A DNA stretch of 24,000 nucleotides. Source: Abiotrophia defectiva ATCC 49176 (GTDB taxonomy: Bacteria; Bacillota; Bacilli; Lactobacillales; Aerococcaceae). The notes below the pieces were generated by a model. That model was not told where the DNA came from and did no database searches. It saw only the letters and a list, made by a program, of their open reading frames with translations. The DNA lies in NCBI RefSeq assembly GCF_037041345.1, contig NZ_CP146287.1, positions 358,236 through 382,235 on the forward strand. The letters run 5' to 3'. Below are positions 17,317 to 23,473 of this stretch, one piece after another (the stretch's first letter is position 1; every line of letters begins with the position of its first letter). The position numbers and the translations under genes were made by a program.

Positions 17317-17712
17317 GGAATAAGACACTACCATTTGAGGGACATGGCGCAATCATATTCGATCAAATCAGGCCAACAGAATTGACAGTTTCTGTCTCAA
17401 TCGTTCGCTTGTCTACCTTTAAAACTCTCTCGTCTCATACTGTAATGTGCACACGCTCATTTGATGATTCAAATACCAACAGCCCATCACTAAGCCATTC
17501 CTTAGACCATAATATTGCTCAAAATGAATTTTGTTGCAAATTATGAAATCATTTAGTGAAGGGCTTTCTTTCTAGAATTTCTGGGCGTATAATATAACTA
17601 TAGTAAGTTAAGGCGGATTCTCTCTCTCGTTTGGCTCCATGGTTAAGCAGTTAGGTAGAAGTCGTCTTTTTGCTATATCAAGATAAATTCTATAAGAAAG
17701 GAGAGTTACTTT

Positions 17713-18018
17713 ATGAGAGAGATGCAGCAAATTCAGATCAGCTACCAATACGATCATGAGCGTCTCTATGAGGCACTTAAGCGGAGAGGCATGACCGAGC
17801 GTGCGTTGGCAGAGAAAATCTATTGTTCGCCCGCTACGGTCTCTCGCATCTTCAATGGTTGTGGCCGTCTAAGCATTGAGACCATCATTATGGTCTGTCT
17901 AGCTATGAAACTAACAGTTGAAGAGCAGCTTGAGATTTTCTATTTCTCTTGTATGGGTATCTTGCACCATTTAGGGGTGAGTATGGGCGATACCCAAGAC
18001 ACTAAATTCGACATATGA
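17713..18018 (+). CDS. XRE-family helix-turn-helix regulator
   Basis: The protein is 101 aa. The HTH is MTERALAEKIYCSPATVSRIFNG. The SD is AAGGAGAG. This is the first gene of the GC-rich module. Confidence 0.7.
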   Translation: MREMQQIQISYQYDHERLYEALKRRGMTERALAEKIYCSPATVSRIFNGCGRLSIETIIMVCLAMKLTVEEQLEIFYFSCMGILHHLGVSMGDTQDTKFDI

Positions 18019-18185
18019 CATCAGGAGGCACAGTTTATAAAGTTGTTATATTGGCTCAATATAATTACTCGAGTTGTGGTTAACCACAACTCAGAAAAGA
18101 ATCGTGACTGGACAAGAAAGTTATACATAAGAATAGATAATGTTGTTGAATAGGTTTTTATGACTATTTGGAAGGAAGAAAAACC

Positions 18186-19349
18186 ATGAAATTCGATGAT
18201 TTAGAAAATTTAAATTTAGATAGCATCAGGGAGCAGATTTTAGCCTATGCGGTTCAGCTTACTCAGTCCTATTGGGAGATTGGTCGGCGGTTGCATTATG
18301 CCAAGCAGTCTTTGTTGTCAGAAGATGGATTTCTACCATGGTTAGAGACGCTTTATATCGATTATCCCGAGGCTAATCGCATGATGTATGTAGCCAAGAA
18401 TTTACCTAAGATGAAGTGCTACGAGCATCTAGGCTTATCGCTACTTTATCTGATCGCAACTATCCCCGAGGAACATCGTCAGAAGATTTATACTTTACCT
18501 TCAGGCAAATGTAAGTACCTGCATCAAATGTCTCAGTTAGAACTTCGGACCGTTAAGCGGCTGTTGAAAGCGGGACAGTTGGAGTCTTGCTTCCAAGGAG
18601 ATAGTCAGTTACAAGTTGACTGTCAAGAGGTGAAGAAGGAGACACAGGATGCCGTCTCGCCTGAAGCAAGTCAGGCTAGAGCACCGCAAGCTCCTGCTAC
18701 CAATCAAGCTACTACGCAACAGGTTCCAACCAGCCCTCAAGCTGACGGGCTTCAGCCTGACGCCCAATCGGACGATGCTATACACCAATCTAGACAGCCC
18801 CAGACTAAGTTGCTTACCCCAAGTCAAGATCTCAAGTCCAACCCCCTAGCTCCCAAGCTAGCCGAGGCGGAGGCGACTAACCAGCGCCTAAGAGAATCCC
18901 TTAAGCAGGCTAATGCCAAGTATCAGGAAGACCTACAATCTATCGAGGAGCGCTACCGTTATCTCAAGCGATTCCGGGAGGGTTTATCGCATTTCGCTAA
19001 TCGGTCCACGACCTTCATTCCGGATTTGGAGGGTCTTAATCGCATCATCGCCTTCAGTCATGAGATTGACCACTTGCTAGTTAAGCTGGCGCCTATGCGC
19101 TATATCGATGACTTTAAGGCGATTCAGAATCAGGTCATGGTCGACCATTACCTCAAGCAGATTGACCGAGTAGATGACTGGGTCCAATCCATGCGTGCTA
19201 GCATCCATCAAGCCCAAGCAGTAGGCCGGCGAGATGTGACATCTGAGGGGGCTGATGGCCAAGCTCGGCCTCAACAAGCAAGCTATGGCCCTAGCGAACC
19301 TAAGACTAACTTCTCTAACTCAACACAAGAAAATCAAGCCGTTGCATAA
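18186..19349 (+). CDS. DUF3102-like protein with a Q/P/A-rich low-complexity linker and a C-terminal coiled-coil region
   Basis: I prefer ATG at 18186. The N-terminus SYWEIGRRLHYAKQSLLSEDGFLPWLETL..YPEANRMMYVAKN fits the DUF3102 pattern (IG..L..AK..L.HG.W..WL). The low-complexity stretch is QARAPQAPATNQATTQQVPTSPQADGLQPDAQ. Confidence 0.55.
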   Translation: MKFDDLENLNLDSIREQILAYAVQLTQSYWEIGRRLHYAKQSLLSEDGFLPWLETLYIDYPEANRMMYVAKNLPKMKCYEHLGLSLLYLIATIPEEHRQKIYTLPSGKCKYLHQMSQLELRTVKRLLKAGQLESCFQGDSQLQVDCQEVKKETQDAVSPEASQARAPQAPATNQATTQQVPTSPQADGLQPDAQSDDAIHQSRQPQTKLLTPSQDLKSNPLAPKLAEAEATNQRLRESLKQANAKYQEDLQSIEERYRYLKRFREGLSHFANRSTTFIPDLEGLNRIIAFSHEIDHLLVKLAPMRYIDDFKAIQNQVMVDHYLKQIDRVDDWVQSMRASIHQAQAVGRRDVTSEGADGQARPQQASYGPSEPKTNFSNSTQENQAVA

Positions 19350-19366
19350 TATAAGGAGGAACTACC

Positions 19367-19810
19367 ATGGAAACAGCAACACCAAGTACATTGAACAATC
19401 AAATGACTAGCCTAGAAGCCCAAGTCCAAGCTCAACACCAGTTGCTGGGGCAGATTAACAGCCATCTCCAAGTTTTAACGACTCTCTTAGAGCACCAACC
19501 CCTGTCACCTGAGGCCACTTATGCCCTAACGCGTTTGCGCCGTCATGAGATCCACCAACGCCTAGGGGACAAGGACCGCTTACTAACGGCTCGACGTCCG
19601 GAACTGGTGCGTCTGGTCTATCGGACGGCACGCCTGGCCTTCCTCAGTCATTTTAGCTTATCCAGCTATGGGCATCTACCACAAGAGCGATATGAAGCTG
19701 CTGTCAGCTTCTGGAAGGAATGGAAGGTCCCGGTCGACTTGCAGGCTAAGCTAGACCAAGCCTATAAGGACTTGGCTCAAGACCGGCCTCAACTCCATGC
19801 AGTTGCCTAA
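19367..19810 (+). CDS. Hypothetical phage-type protein, possibly with an ORF6C-like C-terminal domain
   Basis: The protein is 147 aa. The SD is AAGGAGGA. The C-terminal segment LVRLVYRTARLAFLSHFSLSSYGHLPQERYEAAVSFWKEW resembles ORF6C domains of phage antirepressor-type proteins. Confidence 0.45.
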   Translation: METATPSTLNNQMTSLEAQVQAQHQLLGQINSHLQVLTTLLEHQPLSPEATYALTRLRRHEIHQRLGDKDRLLTARRPELVRLVYRTARLAFLSHFSLSSYGHLPQERYEAAVSFWKEWKVPVDLQAKLDQAYKDLAQDRPQLHAVA

Positions 19811-19833
19811 CTAGGGATAAGGAGGGAACAGCT

Positions 19834-20367
19834 ATGACTTCCGACCATTATCCCTTGGACCAGGAGCAACTCCTGGCCCGCTACCGACTTTTGTTACATC
19901 ATGTCTTGCACCAATACCATCTCTTGGCTGAGGATCAAGACTATGACGATTACTACAATGAACTTTACCTACACCTTGTCCGCCTAGCCCGCGACTTCGA
20001 TGGGGACGCGCTCAGCGAGTCTGACCGCTTCCGATTCGTGGGCTATGCTCAGCGGGGCCTGAGTTGGCATCTGGGTCAACTCCTAGCCAAACGATCACGT
20101 CAGGCTCAAGGCCTGATTGGCAATCAGAAGGTCCTGCATTTTGCCGAACAGGCTGGCGCCAGTCGCCCGCCTATGGACGACTTGGTCAACTCGCTGCTGC
20201 TGTCGCAAGTCTTGTCGCCAACCGATTATCATTTCCTCTGTGTGGCCCAGAACGAGCAACTCTCGCTTGGGGCCAAATGCCAAGAGCTGGGCATATGTAA
20301 GAATACCTACTATGCCCGCCTAAAGCGCCTACGCCAGACCCTGCAAGCAAGCGACTGGTCGGCTTAA
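19834..20367 (+). CDS. Sigma-70-like / ArpU-type transcriptional regulator (candidate late-gene activator)
   Basis: The protein is 177 aa. The region-2-like stretch is YYNELYLHLVRLARDF. The C-terminal region-4-type HTH is LSLGAKCQELGICKNTYYARLKRLRQTL. The SD is AAGGAGGG. Confidence 0.6.
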   Translation: MTSDHYPLDQEQLLARYRLLLHHVLHQYHLLAEDQDYDDYYNELYLHLVRLARDFDGDALSESDRFRFVGYAQRGLSWHLGQLLAKRSRQAQGLIGNQKVLHFAEQAGASRPPMDDLVNSLLLSQVLSPTDYHFLCVAQNEQLSLGAKCQELGICKNTYYARLKRLRQTLQASDWSA

Positions 20368-20456
20368 GTGCCTACGCCAGACCTTGAAAGCTAGCGATTG
20401 GTCGGCTTGAGTGCCTGCGTCAGACACTGCAAGCCAGTGACTGGTCAGCTTGAGTG
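20328..20456 (+). repeat. Three tandem 43-nt units, plus a partial fourth, overlapping the sigma-like gene's 3' end
   Basis: The units lie at 20328-20370, 20371-20413 and 20414-20456. Each contains a 39-nt segment reading LRQTL(Q/K)ASDWSA plus a stop codon, followed by GTGC. Confidence 0.9.
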
Positions 20457-20478
20457 CCTTGCTCAGCTCTTTTTCTCC

Positions 20479-20506
20479 AGCTCCCGCAGAGGGGGCTTTT
20501 TATTTT
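20479..20506 (+). terminator. Intrinsic terminator after the repeat stack
   Basis: AGCTCCC-gcaga-GGGGGCT forms a stem with one G-U pair, followed by TTTTTATTTT. Confidence 0.65.
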
Positions 20507-20608
20507 GCAGAAAAATAAATTTTTAGGGCTGACTTGGGCATGAGGAGGGGGCTTAATTCTTTTTAAGTATGTAACGTTACAAGAAACTAGTTCAAGGAGT
20601 GATTCATT

Positions 20609-20806
20609 ATGGCACGATCATATGTTAAGGGTATCCTCAAGTTCAAGTCCCTAGATGAGAACAAGAAGGCGGAGAATGTTTCCATGCCCAACCTAGTAGA
20701 GAACGCTAGCGCCGAGGACATCAAGTCCGTGCGCGACGCTATTGCTACCCTGGTTGAGCATCCCATCACCGAGACCCAGGTGACCGAGGTCTTCAGCGTC
20801 AACTAG
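20609..20806 (+). CDS. DUF1659-like small protein
   Basis: The protein is 65 aa. The SD is AAGGAG. The pattern LKFKSLDENKK...NLVENASAEDIKSVRDAIATL resembles DUF1659. It is paired with a DUF2922-like gene, as is usual for this family. Confidence 0.5.
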   Translation: MARSYVKGILKFKSLDENKKAENVSMPNLVENASAEDIKSVRDAIATLVEHPITETQVTEVFSVN

Positions 20807-20848
20807 TCGGCTTGTTGAGTAGAGCAGTGAATTAAGGAGGAACCCATC

Positions 20849-21088
20849 ATGGCTAACAAAACCATTAAGACTTTTGAGATGAATTTCGCGACCGCAGACG
20901 GCAAGTCTAAGAAGATTAGCCTGCGCCACGCCAAGGCAGACATCACCAAGGACCAGGCCAAAGCCGCCATGGCCACCATCGTAGGCAAGGACATCTTCAC
21001 CAAGGACGCCGTCGACCAGTTCGCCAAGGAGAAGACCGCCAACTACGTCACCCGCACCGTAGAGGAAGTCTACAAGGCTGAGGCTTAG
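20849..21088 (+). CDS. DUF2922-like small protein
   Basis: The protein is 79 aa. The SD is AAGGAGGA. The pattern KTFEMNFATADGKSKKISLRHAKADITKDQAKAAM resembles DUF2922. Confidence 0.5.
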   Translation: MANKTIKTFEMNFATADGKSKKISLRHAKADITKDQAKAAMATIVGKDIFTKDAVDQFAKEKTANYVTRTVEEVYKAEA

Positions 21089-21100
21089 GGTGAGTTGGGC

Positions 21101-21469
21101 GCCCCGCCATGTCGTGTTGGAAGAGCGCCATGTCGCATTGGGCCTCCAACGCGACGTGGCTAAGGCGGCACGCCCTATTTTAGCTCAGAAAATGGCGAAA
21201 AGCGCCCGCCACGTCGTGTTGGGCGTGAGCCACGTCGCTTTGGGCTTCCAACGCGACATGGCTAAGGCGGTACGCCCTCTTTTAACTCAGAAAATGGCGA
21301 AAAAGCGCCCGCCACGTCGTGTTGGGAGTGAGCCACGTCGCATTGGGGCTCCAATACGACATGGCTGCGGCAGGAAACTCCCTTTTAGCCTGAAAAATGG
21401 CGAAAGAGCACCCGCCACGTCGTGTTGGGCGTGAGCCACGTCGCATTGGGCTTCCAACGCGACATGGCT
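21101..21469. repeat. Tandem palindromic repeat element, about 3.6 units of 102-103 nt
   Basis: The motif CCAYGTCGTGTTGG starts at 21107, 21209, 21312 and 21415. Each unit has two direct motifs (CCACGTCGTGTTGG, AGCCACGTCGCATTGG) and one inverted motif (CCAACGCGACATGGCT), plus the spacer TTTTAGCTCAGAAAATGGCGAAAAGCG. Confidence 0.85.
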
Positions 21470-21494
21470 CAGCCAAAGACACCTAGTATCTTAC

Positions 21495-21611
21495 GAGCCA
21501 GTCCATAGATAGGGGGAACGGTGGACTGGCTCGGTCGCTAGGTGGCGAAAACCGGGCATTTTACTGGATTTGCGACAAGCTAGTCCATGGATAGCTAGAA
21601 CAATGGACTGG
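21495..21611 (+). promoter_or_regulatory. Two related stem-loops upstream of the lysis genes (function unknown)
   Basis: Hairpin 1 is GAGCCAGTCCA-N16-TGGACTGGCTC (21495-21532). Hairpin 2 is CTAGTCCAT-N14-ATGGACTGG (21580-21611). Both share AGTCCAT.GATAG....AAC..TGGACT. Confidence 0.4.
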
Positions 21612-21659
21612 CGCCAGCCACTCAGCCACCCCATCATTATTCAGAAAGGAGCCTTCATC

Positions 21660-22019
21660 ATGACATGGCTACAGCTTACGACGCTGGCGTCCGGCCTAGT
21701 CGCGGGCGCGACCCTCCTGGGCAAGTTGGTGCGCCTGATTGCGGCGATCCAGACGCTGATTCTTCGAATCGAGCGCATGCAGACGGACTTAGCTAGCACG
21801 CAGAGTAACCTGCAAGGCGCGCAAGCCAGTCTTGCGACAACTCAGGATAACTTACATGCCACGCAAAATGACCTAGCCACCACCCAAGCCAAGCTCCAGG
21901 TCACTCAGACCGACCTAGGTGCCACCCAGACTCAAGTCACAACAGTTGCACAGGACCTGTCCCGCGTCCGCCAACGTCTGGGACGTCTGGAAGACAAGCG
22001 GGTCCACAGTCTGGCTTGA
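21660..22019 (+). CDS. N-terminal TM protein with eight perfect heptads (L-x-x-T/A-Q-x-x); lysis-module accessory protein in the XhlA-like position
   Basis: I prefer ATG at 21660 (SD AAAGGAG 8 nt upstream). The TM segment is WLQLTTLASGLVAGATLLGKLV. The heptads LASTQSN LQGAQAS LATTQDN LHATQND LATTQAK LQVTQTD LGATQTQ VTTVAQD span 21789-21956. Confidence 0.55.
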   Translation: MTWLQLTTLASGLVAGATLLGKLVRLIAAIQTLILRIERMQTDLASTQSNLQGAQASLATTQDNLHATQNDLATTQAKLQVTQTDLGATQTQVTTVAQDLSRVRQRLGRLEDKRVHSLA

Positions 22020-22067
22020 CGCAGCCAGGCACTTCTATCTCTAAGCAAAGAAAGCGAGGCAGTCATT

Positions 22068-22301
22068 ATGCATCTTCCCACTAGTCGCAAGGCCTATACG
22101 ACGATTCAATGGATGGCACTGATCCTGATTCCGGCGCTAGCGGTCCTAGTCCAAGGTCTAGCCGAACTCTATGCCTGGCCCGACCCCTGGCCTCGTCGCC
22201 TGGTTGGCACCCTCAATCTAGTCGGCGTCTTCCTAGGGGCGCTACTTCAAGGCTGGCATTATGGCCGACGCAAGACTAGGAGCAAGGCAAAGTCCGCTTA
22301 G
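22068..22301 (+). CDS. Holin (two TM segments and a basic C-terminal tail)
   Basis: The protein is 77 aa. The TM segments are WMALILIPALAVLVQGLA and LVGTLNLVGVFLGALLQ. The tail is GRRKTRSKAKSA. The gene lies immediately upstream of the endolysin. Confidence 0.6.
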   Translation: MHLPTSRKAYTTIQWMALILIPALAVLVQGLAELYAWPDPWPRRLVGTLNLVGVFLGALLQGWHYGRRKTRSKAKSA

Positions 22302-22377
22302 GCTCTCCGCTCACGCCCTTAGCCACATAGCCCGCACTCCAAACCCATCTCATCCCATCCAAAGGAGGAACCCACTC

Positions 22378-23058
22378 ATGAAGCCACAAATTCAACAACT
22401 CCTATCCAAGGCCCAAGCCTACCTAGGCGTCCAAGGCGGAAGTCCCACCCATCAGGGCCTCGTTGATGCCTATAACGCTGTCCAACCCCTGCCGGTCGGC
22501 TACGCAGTTACCTACAGCGACGACTGGTGCGATGTCTTCGTTACCGTCATGGGAGACCAGGCCGGCATCGCTCATCTGATTGGGCGCGAATGCGGCGTGC
22601 CTCGTCATCTGACCTGGTGCCAAGAGCAGGGCATCTGGCTAGGCCATGTCTGGCCTCAAGCTGGCGATCTGATTTTCTTCGATTTTGGGGGTGGGCCTGC
22701 ATCTCACATCGGCATTGTGGAAAGTGTGGACGGCGACAGCGAAACCGTCAATACTATTGAGGGTAACTGGCTCAACCAGGTTGTCCGCCGTCATTATGCT
22801 AGTGACGACTGGCGCATCCTAGGTTATGCCCGGCCTCAATATGATGCGAGGGCTGGGAGTGTAGCCACTGGCAGTGAAGCTGGGGGAGCTAATCATCCGA
22901 ATGGCTGTGTCGATGCAGCTAGCGACCTAGATGAAGTGGTCTGGTCAGTTATCCGAGGTGACTGGGGCAATGGACAGGAACGAATCGACCGGCTAACTGA
23001 TGCGGGTTATGATGCGCAAGTTCTGCAGGAATTGGTGAATGAGAAATTGGCAAGTTAG
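22378..23058 (+). CDS. Endolysin: N-terminal CHAP domain plus a C-terminal CW_7 (Cpl-7-like) cell-wall-binding motif
   Basis: The start is ATG at 22378 (SD AAAGGAGGA). The CHAP catalytic Cys context is YSDDWCDVFV and the His context is ASHIGIVESV...NTIEGN. The C-terminal VIRGDWGNGQERIDRLTDAGYDAQVLQELVN matches the CW_7 repeat consensus. Confidence 0.8.
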   Translation: MKPQIQQLLSKAQAYLGVQGGSPTHQGLVDAYNAVQPLPVGYAVTYSDDWCDVFVTVMGDQAGIAHLIGRECGVPRHLTWCQEQGIWLGHVWPQAGDLIFFDFGGGPASHIGIVESVDGDSETVNTIEGNWLNQVVRRHYASDDWRILGYARPQYDARAGSVATGSEAGGANHPNGCVDAASDLDEVVWSVIRGDWGNGQERIDRLTDAGYDAQVLQELVNEKLAS

Positions 23059-23069
23059 AGGATAAGAGA

Positions 23070-23096
23070 AAAAGCGCCGGGAGGGCGCTTTTTTTG
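23070..23096 (+). terminator. Intrinsic terminator after the endolysin
   Basis: AGCGCC-gggag-GGCGCT forms the stem, followed by TTTTTTTG. Confidence 0.8.
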
Positions 23097-23104
23097 TTAT
23101 AATA

Positions 23105-23133
23105 TTGAGAATTTTAGGCATTTATGGTATAAT
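23105..23133 (+). promoter_or_regulatory. Near-consensus promoter in the AT-rich CRISPR leader
   Basis: -35 TTGAGA is at 23105-23110. After a 17-nt spacer comes the extended -10 TGGTATAAT at 23125-23133. This is about 90 nt upstream of the first repeat. Confidence 0.6.
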
Positions 23134-23223
23134 AAAGAGTAGTAATTAAGGGAGTATCTGATACTAGAAAACCCTTGAAATCTATATATTGTATATCGTG
23201 TCTAGGGTGACACAAGATATAGA

Positions 23224-23473
23224 GTTCAGATACCTTAATCCCCGAGAGGGGACGGAAACTACCGCCGTTCAGTTCATCATCAATCGGCGTTAAGTCGTTC
23301 AGATACCTTAATCCCCGAGAGGGGACGGAAATATGTATAATCTTTGGTTTTCTTATTGAATTGGTCTGTTCAGATACCTCATTCCCCGCGAGGGGACGGA
23401 AACTTCTAAAGCGTACTGCGATTGTGGTTTTTTTAACATTTAGATACCTCATTCCCCGCAAGGGGTCAAAAAG
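23224..23473 (+). CRISPR. Mini-CRISPR array with 4 repeats (36 nt) and 3 spacers (37, 35 and 34 nt); the repeat is type III-A-like
   Basis: The repeats start at 23224, 23297, 23368 and 23438. R1 is GTTCAGATACCTTAATCCCCGAGAGGGGACGGAAAC. R2 is identical except the last base is T. R3 has 3 substitutions. R4 is degenerate (ATTTAGATACCTCATTCCCCGCAAGGGGTCAAAAAG), which puts the trailer on the right and the leader on the left. The 3' half CCCCGAGAGGGGACGGAAAC closely matches the S. thermophilus CRISPR2 (III-A) repeat as I remember it. Confidence 0.85.

Noticed and set aside
20064-20323. Alternative-frame and antisense ORFs inside the sigma-like gene, plus similar antisense ORFs inside other long genes (for example 1289-1619, 2064-2548, 3612-3899, 8606-9617, 9867-10523, 18609-19277, 20587-21042, 22423-22760)
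   Set aside because: All are nested within better-supported + strand genes that have SDs and recognisable domains. They have no SD, are compositionally biased, and are typical shadow ORFs.
20365-20456. Serial +1 frameshifting at the three stop codons to make a repeat-extended sigma-like protein
   Set aside because: The 43-nt period (14 codons + 1) makes this formally possible. However, GCU-UAA-G and GCU-UGA-G offer no tRNA re-pairing in the +1 frame, and I see no stimulatory SD-like element. Displaced gene ends from recombination explain the synonymous-only divergence more simply. I keep it only as an alternative to test.
20571-20580. Perfect 10-bp palindrome GTAACGTTAC upstream of the DUF1659-like gene as an operator
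   Set aside because: It is a single short palindrome with no second copy in the window. It cannot be distinguished from chance without comparative data.
21090-21482. Track ORFs of 114 aa (plus strand) and 66 aa (minus strand) across the tandem repeat
   Set aside because: The repeat period is 102 and then 103 nt. The same DNA unit is therefore read in different frames in successive units (RHVVLG... then PPRRVG...). This is incompatible with selection on a protein. There is no SD, and the start is a GTG immediately after the previous stop codon.
22261-22377. Upstream ATG at 22261 as the endolysin start (adding 39 aa and overlapping the holin gene)
   Set aside because: The extension is Arg/Pro/Ser-rich with no domain character and has no SD. 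ATG at 22378 has a strong AAAGGAGGA SD and begins the CHAP domain cleanly.
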